From an uncultured Planctomycetia bacterium (GTDB taxonomy: Bacteria > Omnitrophota > Gorgyraeia > Tantalellales > Tantalellaceae), in assembly GCA_964409365.1 (NCBI GenBank), contig CAYPCX010000003.1, positions 20,577-84,576 of the forward strand: 64,000 nucleotides of DNA, in the 5' to 3' direction. The translations under genes and the position numbers were made by a program. The notes beneath the pieces were generated by a model that worked only from the letters and a program-made list of their open reading frames with translations, did no database searches and had not been told where the DNA came from. Positions 1-8,913 of the stretch are shown one piece after another. The stretch's first letter is position 1. Each line of letters begins with the position of its first letter.

Positions 1-3000
1 GACGTCCCCGGCGGTGAGACGGGAAGCCAGACAGGTATAACGGTAACGGATGCCGGCGTGTTGGACCATTTTACTGTAACGGGTATACCTGATCCGCAAT
101 CCGCGGGCACTTTGAGTTCACCAGTGGTCACGGCATATGACCAATACAACAATGTAAAAACGGATTATACCGGTACGATACACTTCACATCAAGCGACGC
201 CCAGGCGGACCTACCGTCGAATTACACGTTTGTAACAGGTGATTATGGCACGCACACCTTTACAGACGATGTTGTACTGAAAACGGTTGGAGTGCAAAGC
301 GTGACGGTGACAGATGTGCCTGGCGGTCAGACGGGCTCACAGACAGGTATAGACGTGGGGCCGGGAGCGCTGGGATCGTTTACGGTGGATCAGATAGCCG
401 ACCCGCAGACAGCAGGCGACCTGACCAGCCCGAGGGTGACCGCACTGGACATCTACGGCAACACGAAGACGGATTATACGGGCACGGTAACGTTCACATC
501 GAGCGACAGCGGCGCGAGTACGGTCCTGCCGAGTGATTACACGTTCGTGGGCGGAGACTCAGGCATACACACATTTACTAATGAACTCCAGCTAACGACA
601 ACGGGCGTCCAGTGGGTAAGAGCGACGGACACGGTAGGCGGCGAGACGGGTGTGCAGACAGGTATAGACGTTAACCCGGCGGCATTGGGTTCATTTACGG
701 TAGACCAGATAACCGATCCACAGGCCGCGGGTACGCTGTCCAGCCCGCGTGTAACGGCACTTGATATCTACGGCAACACGAAGACGGACTACACGGGCAC
801 GGTGACATTCACATCGAGCGATGGCGGTGCAAGTACAGTACTGCCGAGTGATTATACATTCGTAGGCGGCGACAGCGGTGTACACACATTCACAAATGAA
901 CTCCAGCTTACGACGACAGGCGAACAATGGGTGCGGGCAACAGACACGGTCGGCGGCGAGACAGGCGCACAGACAGGTATAACGGTAACACCTCAGACCG
1001 CGCTTGACCATTTTACGGTAACGAACATACCGGATCCGCAGACCGCCGGTTTATTGAGCACTCCCATAGTTACCGCGTATGACCAATACAACAATGTGCT
1101 GACGGATTATACGGGGACGATCCATTTTACATCGAGCGATGCGATAGCGGTGCTTCCGGCCGATTACACGTTCGTAGCCGGGGATAACGGGACCCATGTT
1201 TTTCCTGACGGTGTACAGATGAGAACGGCAGGCGAACAGAGCGTGACAGTGACGGACACGGTAGGCGGCCAGACAGGTTCGCAGACAGCCATAACGGTCG
1301 TTCCCGCGTTGTTAGAATATTTCACCGTCACGAGTATTACCGACCCCCAGACAGCAGGTTCCTTAAGTTCGCCCGTGGTGACCGCATATGATCAATTCGG
1401 CAATGTTAAGACGAACTATACGGGTACTATTCACTTCACGTCGAGCGATGTGCAGGCGGTCCTGCCGGCGGATTACACCTTCCTGATAGGGGAAGGCGGC
1501 ACGCATACATTCACCAACGGAGTGCAACTTAAGACCACCGGTGAACATAGTGTCAGCGTGGATGACCTTGGGAGGATAGGCGCGCAGACAGGCATCACGG
1601 TAAACCCGGCGGCGATCAATTACTTCACCGTAACAGGCATAACTGATCCACAGGCGGCGGGTACCTTGAGTTCACCCATTGTTACCGCCTATGACCAGTA
1701 TGACAATATAAAAACGGATTATACGGGCACCGTGACGTTCACATCGAGCGATGGCGGTGCAAGCACGGTGCTTCCGAGTGATTACACGTTCGTGGTCGGT
1801 GATAACGGTGCACACACGTTCACGAATGAACTGCAGCTCACGACAACGGGCGTTCAGTGGGTAAGGGCAACGGATACAGTCGGCGGCGAGACAGGTGTGC
1901 AGACAGGTATAGACGTAAATCCGGCGGCACTGGGCTCGTTCACTGTCGACCAGATAGCCGATCCGCAGGTTGCGGGCACGCTGACCAGTCCGCGTGTAAC
2001 GGCACTGGACATCTATGGCAACACGAAGACGGATTATACAGGCACCGTGACGTTCACATCGAGCGATGGCGGCGCAAGCACGGTGCTTCCGAATAATTAC
2101 ACGTTCGTAGGCGGTGATAGCGGCATACACACATTCACGAATGAACTGCAGCTCACGACAACCGGCGTCCAGTGGGTAAGGGCGACGGATACGGTTGGCG
2201 GCGAGACGGGCGCGCAGACAGGTATAGATGTAAACCCGGCGGCGTTTGCTTCATTTACAGTCGATCAGATAAGCGACCCGCAGACAGCGGGTGACTTGAC
2301 CAGTCCGCGTGTAAGGGCGCTGGACACGTATGGCAACACGAAAACGGACTATACGGGCACCGTGACGTTCACATCGAGCGACGGCGGCGCAAGTACGGTG
2401 CTGCCGAACAATTACACATTCGTAGGTGGCGACAGCGGCGTACATACATTCACGAACGAACTGCAGCTAACGACCACGGGCGTCCAGTGGGTGCGTACGA
2501 CAGACACAGTAGGCGGCGAGACGGGTGTGCAGATAGGTATAGATGTAAATCCCGCGGCGCTTGCTTCATTTACAGTCGACCAGATAACCGATCCACAGGT
2601 CGCGGGCACGCTGACGAGTCCACGGGTGACCGCACTGGACATCTACGGCAACACGAAAACGGATTTTACGGGCACCGTGACGTTCACATCGAGCGACGGC
2701 GGCGCAAGCACGGTGCTTCCGGGTAATTACACATTCGTAGGTGGCGACAGCGGCGTACATACATTCACGAACGAACTCCAGCTCACGACAACGGGCGTCC
2801 AGTGGGTAAGAGCGACAGATACAGTAGGCGGCGAGACCGGCGTGCAGACAGGCATAGATGTCAACCCGGCGGCACTGGGCTCGTTCACAGTCGACCAGAT
2901 AGCCGATCCGCAGGTCGCGGGTACGTTGACCAGCCCGCGGGTAACCGCACTGGACATCTACGGTAATACGAAGACGGATTATACGGGGACCGTGACGTTC

Positions 3001-5787
3001 ACATCGAGTGACGGCGGCGCAAGCACGGTGCTTCCGGGTAATTACACATTCGTAGGTGGCGACAGCGGCGTACATACATTCACGAACGAACTCCAGCTCA
3101 CGACAACGGGCGTCCAGTGGGTAAGAGCGACAGATACAGTAGGCGGCGAGACCGGCGTGCAGACAGGCATAGATGTCAACCCGGCGGCACTGGGCTCGTT
3201 CACAGTCGACCAGATAGCCGATCCGCAGGTCGCGGGTACGTTGACCAGCCCGCGGGTAACCGCACTGGACATCTACGGTAATACGAAGACGGATTATACG
3301 GGGACCGTGACGTTCACATCGAGTGACGGCGGTGCAAGCACGGTTCTTCCGGGCAATTACACATTCGTAGGTGGCGACAGCGGCGTACACACATTCACGA
3401 ATGAACTCCAGCTCACGACAACGGGCACGCAGTGGGTAAGAGCGACAGATACGGTCGGTGGCGAGACCGGCGTGCAGACAGGAATAGACGTAAATCCCGC
3501 GGCACTGGGCTCGTTCACGGTAGACCAGATAGCCGATCCGCAGGTCGCGGGCACGCTGACAAGCCCGCGTGTAACGGCACTGGATATCTACGGTAACACG
3601 AAAACCGATTACACGGGCACGGTAACATTTACATCGAGTGACGGCGGTGCAAGCACGGTACTTCCGAGTGATTATACGTTCGTAGTCGGCGACAGCGGCG
3701 TACACACATTCACGAATGAACTCCAGCTTACGACAACGGGCACGCAGTGGGTACGTGCGACAGATACGGTCGGTGGCGAGACCGGCGTGCAGACCGGTAT
3801 AGACGTCAATCCCGCGGCACTGGGCTCGTTCACGGTAGACCAGATAGCCGATCCGCAGGTCGCGGGTACGCTGACAAGCCCGCGTGTAACGGCACTGGAC
3901 ATCTACGGTAATACGAAGACGGATTATACGGGGACCGTGACGTTCGCATCGAGTGACGGCGGCGCAAGTACGGTGCTTCCGAGCAATTATACATTCGTAG
4001 GCGGAGACAGCGGTGTGCACACATTTACGAACGAATTGCAGCTCACGACAACAGGCGTGCAGTGGGTAAGAGCGACAGATACAGTAGGCGGCGAGACCGG
4101 CGTGCAGACCGGTATAGACGTCAATCCGGCGGCACTGGGCTCGTTCACGGTCGACCAGATAACTGATCCGCAGGTCGCGGGCACACTGACCAGTCCGCGT
4201 GTAACGGCACTGGATATCTACGGCAACACGAAGACGGACTATACGGGTACGGTGACGTTCACATCGAGTGACGTGGGTGCGAGTACGGTGCTTCCAACAG
4301 ACTATGCATTTGTTGCGGGGGATAACGGTGTACACACATTCACGAACGAACTCCAGCTCACGACAGTCGGCACACAGTGGGTACGTGCGACGGATACGGT
4401 CGGCGGCCAAACGGGTGTGCAGACCGGTATAGACGTCAATCCCGCGGCTCTGGGCTCATTCAGGGTCGACCAGATAACTGATCCGCAGGTCGCGGGCACA
4501 CTGACCAGTCCGCGTGTAACGGCACTGGATATCTACGGCAACACGAAGACGGACTATACGGGTACGGTGACGTTCACATCGAGTGACGTGGGTGCGAGTA
4601 CGGTGCTTCCAACAGACTATGCATTTGTTGCGGGGGATAACGGTGTACACACATTCACGAACGAACTCCAGCTCACGACAGTCGGCACACAGTGGGTGCG
4701 TGCGACGGACACGGTCGGCGGCGAGACGGGAGCGCAGACAGGCATAGACGTCACTTCCACAACAATAGGTTATCTTGCCATAACGGGTAGCGCCACTATG
4801 ACCGCGGGCACCTCACAGGAACTCACGATAACGGCATATGATACGTTCGGCAATGTGGATGTAACCTATACCGGAGTGAAAAGTGTGACCTTCACAGGCC
4901 TCAACCCGGCCCCGGACGGAACGGCACCAAACCTGGAAGGCGCTGTTTTCGGCACGGCCGCGAACGTCACGTTCACCGCCGGCATCGCCACTGGAGGGGC
5001 GGCGACCCTTACCGCGTACAGGGCGGAAACCGGGACCGTCCATGCCGATGACGGTACGATCAATTCACTGGGCCATGAACTGACCGTAACGGTCGATCCG
5101 GGAACCGCGGCCGACTGTACGTTCACACAGCAGCCGACCGATACGCCGCAGAACAATAATATCGCACCCGCGGTCGCGCTTTTGCTGAGAGACACCTGGT
5201 GGAACAACTGCGTGAACGACAATACGACCGTAGTGGCCATGGCTATCGGCACTAATCCCGGCGGTGGCACGCTGAGCGGTACTCTCAACCAGACAGCCGG
5301 CGCCGGGGCGGCGACCTTCAACGATCTGAACATTGACCAGATAGGCACGGGGTATACCCTCGTGGCTTCCGTCGGGATCGTCCCGTTCGGGACGTCCGCG
5401 ACGTTCAATATCACCAGGGGGCAGGATGATGACGACGGTGACGGCGAATACGGGGATATTGACCGGGCCAGCCGGATAATCTATGAAGGTGTCAATATTT
5501 CCTATGTGATCCCCTCCGCCGAGTACATCGCCCTGGGAGATGAAATGCTCGACATAATATGCATGGAAGAGTTATATGGTTTTGACCTGAAACTGGTAGA
5601 TCAAAACCTTGAAAAGAAATACATGAAAAGGTACATCAAAGGCAAATACCGCACAAAGGTGAAGGTCCACAAGGGCAAGGTAGTGGTGGCCATTCCTTAT
5701 GACGATGAGGGGCCGCAGTATGATCTGGGCGTTAACCTGATGGAGGGGCAGGAGATCTGGCTCGAAAGCATCGACGACCGCCGCTAA
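1..5787 (+). CDS. Giant repetitive surface protein/adhesin (5'-truncated), Ig-like repeats, FecR-like C-terminal strands
   Basis: Frame is open from base 1 (DVPGGETGSQTGITV...), so the real start is upstream of the window. 15 tandem ~102-105 aa repeats (VTALDIYGNTKTDYTGTVTFTSSD...), two divergent Ig-like domains, acidic linker GQDDDDGDGE, unique C-terminus. Confidence 0.9.
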   Translation, partial: DVPGGETGSQTGITVTDAGVLDHFTVTGIPDPQSAGTLSSPVVTAYDQYNNVKTDYTGTIHFTSSDAQADLPSNYTFVTGDYGTHTFTDDVVLKTVGVQSVTVTDVPGGQTGSQTGIDVGPGALGSFTVDQIADPQTAGDLTSPRVTALDIYGNTKTDYTGTVTFTSSDSGASTVLPSDYTFVGGDSGIHTFTNELQLTTTGVQWVRATDTVGGETGVQTGIDVNPAALGSFTVDQITDPQAAGTLSSPRVTALDIYGNTKTDYTGTVTFTSSDGGASTVLPSDYTFVGGDSGVHTFTNELQLTTTGEQWVRATDTVGGETGAQTGITVTPQTALDHFTVTNIPDPQTAGLLSTPIVTAYDQYNNVLTDYTGTIHFTSSDAIAVLPADYTFVAGDNGTHVFPDGVQMRTAGEQSVTVTDTVGGQTGSQTAITVVPALLEYFTVTSITDPQTAGSLSSPVVTAYDQFGNVKTNYTGTIHFTSSDVQAVLPADYTFLIGEGGTHTFTNGVQLKTTGEHSVSVDDLGRIGAQTGITVNPAAINYFTVTGITDPQAAGTLSSPIVTAYDQYDNIKTDYTGTVTFTSSDGGASTVLPSDYTFVVGDNGAHTFTNELQLTTTGVQWVRATDTVGGETGVQTGIDVNPAALGSFTVDQIADPQVAGTLTSPRVTALDIYGNTKTDYTGTVTFTSSDGGASTVLPNNYTFVGGDSGIHTFTNELQLTTTGVQWVRATDTVGGETGAQTGIDVNPAAFASFTVDQISDPQTAGDLTSPRVRALDTYGNTKTDYTGTVTFTSSDGGASTVLPNNYTFVGGDSGVHTFTNELQLTTTGVQWVRTTDTVGGETGVQIGIDVNPAALASFTVDQITDPQVAGTLTSPRVTALDIYGNTKTDFTGTVTFTSSDGGASTVLPGNYTFVGGDSGVHTFTNELQLTTTGVQWVRATDTVGGETGVQTGIDVNPAALGSFTVDQIADPQVAGTLTSPRVTALDIYGNTKTDYTGTVTFTSSDGGASTVLPGNYTFVGGDSGVHTFTNELQLTTTGVQWVRATDTVGGETGVQTGIDVNPAALGSFTVDQIADPQVAGTLTSPRVTALDIYGNTKTDYTGTVTFTSSDGGASTVLPGNYTFVGGDSGVHTFTNELQLTTTGTQWVRATDTVGGETGVQTGIDVNPAALGSFTVDQIADPQVAGTLTSPRVTALDIYGNTKTDYTGTVTFTSSDGGASTVLPSDYTFVVGDSGVHTFTNELQLTTTGTQWVRATDTVGGETGVQTGIDVNPAALGSFTVDQIADPQVAGTLTSPRVTALDIYGNTKTDYTGTVTFASSDGGASTVLPSNYTFVGGDSGVHTFTNELQLTTTGVQWVRATDTVGGETGVQTGIDVNPAALGSFTVDQITDPQVAGTLTSPRVTALDIYGNTKTDYTGTVTFTSSDVGASTVLPTDYAFVAGDNGVHTFTNELQLTTVGTQWVRATDTVGGQTGVQTGIDVNPAALGSFRVDQITDPQVAGTLTSPRVTALDIYGNTKTDYTGTVTFTSSDVGASTVLPTDYAFVAGDNGVHTFTNELQLTTVGTQWVRATDTVGGETGAQTGIDVTSTTIGYLAITGSATMTAGTSQELTITAYDTFGNVDVTYTGVKSVTFTGLNPAPDGTAPNLEGAVFGTAANVTFTAGIATGGAATLTAYRAETGTVHADDGTINSLGHELTVTVDPGTAADCTFTQQPTDTPQNNNIAPAVALLLRDTWWNNCVNDNTTVVAMAIGTNPGGGTLSGTLNQTAGAGAATFNDLNIDQIGTGYTLVASVGIVPFGTSATFNITRGQDDDDGDGEYGDIDRASRIIYEGVNISYVIPSAEYIALGDEMLDIICMEELYGFDLKLVDQNLEKKYMKRYIKGKYRTKVKVHKGKVVVAIPYDDEGPQYDLGVNLMEGQEIWLESIDDRR
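58..4760 (+). repeat. Tandem ~315-bp intragenic repeat array (15 units in window)
   Basis: Later units start at about 1927, 2242, 2557, 2872, 3187, 3502, 3817, 4132, 4447 (315-nt period); ~2700-3015 and ~3015-3330 read as nucleotide-identical. Confidence 0.95.
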
Positions 5788-5824
5788 CCCTTAGCGGGCG
5801 ACGCTTCCGTTTTTTCTTCTTTTG
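5779..5824. terminator. Hairpin containing both convergent stop codons, possible terminator
   Basis: CCGCTAA-CCC-TTAGCGG (5781-5797) holds the TAA of each strand; T-rich tract follows about 10 nt later. Confidence 0.4.
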
Positions 5825-6048
5825 ATCTTTTCTCGGGGGGGGAGTTTCTTGTCTATTCTTTTGATGTTCTTTTCGGCCTCTTTAACAAGCCGTTTGAGGC
5901 TGTTCGCGTAGGAGGGCATATCTTTTTCTATTGTTTCCTGTCCGATCTCAACGGATGTTTTACCGACCGGGGCTTTCTGGGCAAAGGCGCCGCCGAAAGA
6001 GACCATGGTTATGAAGACGATGACCAAAAATATTTTCGCCGCGCGCAT
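5791..6048 (-). CDS. Small exported helical protein downstream of tpsB
   Basis: Signal peptide (MRAAKIFLVIVFITMVSFGGAFA) followed by a charged amphipathic helix. Confidence 0.65.
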   Translation of the reverse strand: MRAAKIFLVIVFITMVSFGGAFAQKAPVGKTSVEIGQETIEKDMPSYANSLKRLVKEAEKNIKRIDKKLPPREKIKRRKNGSVAR

Positions 6049-6083
6049 TGTTCGTTTCCTTTCGGTTCGCCAAAAAGATTATA

Positions 6084-8177
6084 TCATATTTCCAGCGCCA
6101 GGGGTTTGATGGCCGCTCCGTCTATGACCTTTTCCCACGCATCCCTGGCCTTGTCGAACTCTTTTTCCCTGTAATATCTTTTTGCCTGTTTGTCCAGGTC
6201 TTTGAGTGCATCCTGCTGTTTGAAGCACTCCTTGACGTAAGTGTGTGCCTGTCTGTAAAGCGCGTTGCCGCTTTTGACGATCCAGCCGTACTGTTTCTTT
6301 GCCTCTTTCAGGTCACCCGCTTTGTCGGCCTGCATGGCAAGATAGAGATGGCGGTGCATCTCTTTTTTGATAGGGCTGGCCGGGTCCTTCATCTGGTCAT
6401 CAAGCAGTTTCCAGGCGATATTTTTTGCGTCATCCTCCCGCAGCGTTCTTTTCAGACGCGCGAACTCCCTGTGGAGCTGGTCCTCGAAATCTATGGAGAC
6501 ATGGAACCTTGAGTCGGCCGTCTCGGTCACCGGGTTGTCGCCGATAACGAAGCCCCACTCAAGCCTTGCCAGTACCTGCTGGTAAAGACGTATCCTGACC
6601 CCGGCTCCGATGCTGGCCATGTTCGCCTCGCGTTTTTCGTCATGGTTCTTCCCGCGTCTTATGCCGTAGCCGTAATCGATGAACGCCACCCCGGTTATTA
6701 TGTCTTTCAGCGGCCGGTCATCGTAGGGGAGTGTCCAGTCGTCGGGGAGGAAGAAAGGGGGCACCAAAAGCTCGAAATTGGTCTGAAAAGCGTTGTCCGC
6801 CTGGAAGTCGCCGTCGGGGTAACCCCTTACAGAGTTTATGCCGCCGAGCGAATACTCTTCCTGCGGCATCAGTTTTTCGGACGCGAACTGAAAATTCGCT
6901 CTCCAGCTGGCCTGCATGTCCGCGATGGGCAGGGCCCGCCTGTGGCTCAGGTCCAGCTCGAATTTGGTAAATGTGTTATCCGCGCCTCTTGAGGAGAGAT
7001 CGCTCCTTCTTTTGGCCCCGAGGCCGTTTATACCCTGCGAGATCTCGGGGTTCATATATGTAACGCAGCCCGGGAAAGTATGCGTTATATTGGCGCCCCA
7101 GCGGAGTATCCTCAGCCTATCACGGGTGGTGGTACCGGCGATATTCCGGAGCCTTTTATCTTTGGCGTCGAGCCCGAACGAAAGATTGCCGACATACTCA
7201 TATTTATAGAAGACATCCTGATAGAGAAAGATGCTGTATGTCCGCGACCTCGAATCGACCTGGAGGTCCGTGAATTCCTTTTTCGGATATGCCTTGTTGT
7301 CGCTGTACCCGTACATGATGGACGTGCCGCAATTCGTTACGGGGATCGAATGATAGGCGTATTGGCTGCTGAAATCCCTTCCGAAGCTGATCCCGGCCAT
7401 GAGCGTATCATCGACGAAAAGGAAATTATTGTCCTTAATCCCGAGCCCCCAGCGCTCTCTGCCGGTCGTGAACGGCCCTTCCCGGTCGAACGAACCCGTA
7501 ACGTGGATAGGGAACCATGTTTCAGAGTCGAGGATCACGTCGGTCGTGCCCGGCGCCGTCCCGGCCTGGAGCGTGGCCCTGACGAGCCGGTCGGGGTTCT
7601 TGTTCATCTCCTGGAGGCTTTCGGACATCAGGTCATAACGCAGCGTGTCGCCTTTTTTTATCCTCCAGTAGAAAGTAAGGATGTCCTCATCGAAGAGCCT
7701 GCTGTCCTGCCGGATCTTGATGTCGCCCATTTTCGCCTCGACGACGCGAAGCGTTACGATACCGTCCTTTATGTCCTGGGGCGGGACGAAGCAGGCGGCG
7801 ATGACGCCACGTCTTAAGTATTCTCTTTCGATCTCGTTGGCCAGTATGTTGAGTTCTTCAAAGGAGACTTCCTTGTTCTCGTATTTTTCGATGATATAAC
7901 GAAAATCTTCAGGGGGGAACGTTTCAGTGCCGTCCAGCCGTATTTCCTTTATGAAGAATTTGGGCCCCTTGATGGCCGGTCTTTTCTTCTCCTCGACGAC
8001 AACGGGCGGCTTTTTAGGTGCCTCTTGCATCTTCTTCTCGACCTCTTTCCTGATGGGACGGTCGATCTCCCGGGCAGCCCTGTCAATGGCCGGCTGTGCT
8101 GAGGAACGAGAAGCGAACAGCGACAGGACGAGAGAAAAAAACACCAATATGCCTAAACGGAAATAGTTCGTTTTCAT
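6084..8177 (-). CDS. ShlB/FhaC/HecB family (TpsB) outer-membrane secretion protein with C-terminal helical extension
   Basis: Signal peptide, POTRA (FFIKEIRLDG...PPQDIKDGIVTLRVVEA), loop-6 SVRGY motif, terminal strand RFHVSIDF followed by ~133 extra residues. Confidence 0.9.
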   Translation of the reverse strand: MKTNYFRLGILVFFSLVLSLFASRSSAQPAIDRAAREIDRPIRKEVEKKMQEAPKKPPVVVEEKKRPAIKGPKFFIKEIRLDGTETFPPEDFRYIIEKYENKEVSFEELNILANEIEREYLRRGVIAACFVPPQDIKDGIVTLRVVEAKMGDIKIRQDSRLFDEDILTFYWRIKKGDTLRYDLMSESLQEMNKNPDRLVRATLQAGTAPGTTDVILDSETWFPIHVTGSFDREGPFTTGRERWGLGIKDNNFLFVDDTLMAGISFGRDFSSQYAYHSIPVTNCGTSIMYGYSDNKAYPKKEFTDLQVDSRSRTYSIFLYQDVFYKYEYVGNLSFGLDAKDKRLRNIAGTTTRDRLRILRWGANITHTFPGCVTYMNPEISQGINGLGAKRRSDLSSRGADNTFTKFELDLSHRRALPIADMQASWRANFQFASEKLMPQEEYSLGGINSVRGYPDGDFQADNAFQTNFELLVPPFFLPDDWTLPYDDRPLKDIITGVAFIDYGYGIRRGKNHDEKREANMASIGAGVRIRLYQQVLARLEWGFVIGDNPVTETADSRFHVSIDFEDQLHREFARLKRTLREDDAKNIAWKLLDDQMKDPASPIKKEMHRHLYLAMQADKAGDLKEAKKQYGWIVKSGNALYRQAHTYVKECFKQQDALKDLDKQAKRYYREKEFDKARDAWEKVIDGAAIKPLALEI

Positions 8178-8210
8178 ATAAATGGCACCTTTCGAACGTT
8201 CTTTTATATA

Positions 8211-8287
8211 AGTTTAGTAATAAGAAGGGGGTTTGGCAAACATTTTTGCAAGTTTTATTTGATTTTCGCCGGTTTAGTGTATATTAT
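8211..8287. promoter_or_regulatory. Back-to-back sigma70-type promoters for tpsB (-) and FecR-like gene (+)
   Basis: Minus strand TTGCCA(8239-8234)-17-TAAACT(8216-8211); plus strand TTGATT(8259-8264)-17-TATTAT(8282-8287). Confidence 0.6.
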
Positions 8288-8294
8288 AGGTGCT

Positions 8295-8771
8295 ATGAAC
8301 ATTCTCCGGAAAATATGCATAATCCTGGGCATAGTGCTTGTTTTTACCGCCACGTTCTACGCGGGCGCCCAAAAAGCGCAATACGCGGCAAGGATAATCG
8401 AGTTGAAGGGGAAGGCGGAGATAAAAGGTCCGGCCGCGAAGAAGTTCTCGCCAGCGAAAGCGGGTATGCAGCTCCGCGAAGGAGACCTTCTCTTCACGAA
8501 CAAGGACTCGATGGCCGTCGTCAGCATCAAAGAACGGAATACGGCCGCAAAGATCACGCTTTACGAAAATACACAGCTTCGTATGGTCGAGCTTTCGATC
8601 GACAAAAAGACCGGTATCCAGAAGACCCTGCTTGATCTGGGGATCGGGAAGGTAGATATAAAGACTTCCAGACCCAGAGCGAAAAAGAGCGTTTTCCAGG
8701 TCAAGACCCCGACTTCCGTCCTTGACATTACGGAAGCCCAGCTTACCATAGAAGTGGAAGCCCGCCCGTAA
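8295..8771 (+). CDS. FecR-like domain protein, C-terminally short, N-terminal signal/anchor
   Basis: AKAGMQLREGDLLFTNKDS...LLDLGIGKV...FQVKTPTSV pattern; ends at LTIEVEARP; ATG 8295 preferred over TTG 8259, which overlaps the -35 box. Confidence 0.8.
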   Translation: MNILRKICIILGIVLVFTATFYAGAQKAQYAARIIELKGKAEIKGPAAKKFSPAKAGMQLREGDLLFTNKDSMAVVSIKERNTAAKITLYENTQLRMVELSIDKKTGIQKTLLDLGIGKVDIKTSRPRAKKSVFQVKTPTSVLDITEAQLTIEVEARP

Positions 8772-8776
8772 CCCTT

Positions 8777-8803
8777 TACACACCCGAAGTGTACACATCG
8801 GGA
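8777..8803. repeat. Dispersed palindrome copy 1
   Basis: CCCGAAGTGTACACATCGGG, one mismatch from a perfect 20-bp palindrome. Confidence 0.75.
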
Positions 8804-8913
8804 GCGCAAAAGACGGCTCAAAAAATTTGATTTGAATTTGCCTGAATTACGGCTATAATATGATTAGTCATTTACCACATAATTACTAAGATCCGCGCAA
8901 TAAAGGAGCACTC

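Noticed and set aside
2566-4410. 614-aa antisense ORF and repeated 65-76 aa antisense ORFs
   Set aside because: Shadow frames of the 315-bp repeat; Cys/Arg-rich, no expression signals
5835-5842. G8 tract in the small helical gene as a phase-variation site
   Set aside because: Near the 3' end; losing one base changes only the last ~15 residues and still stops nearby
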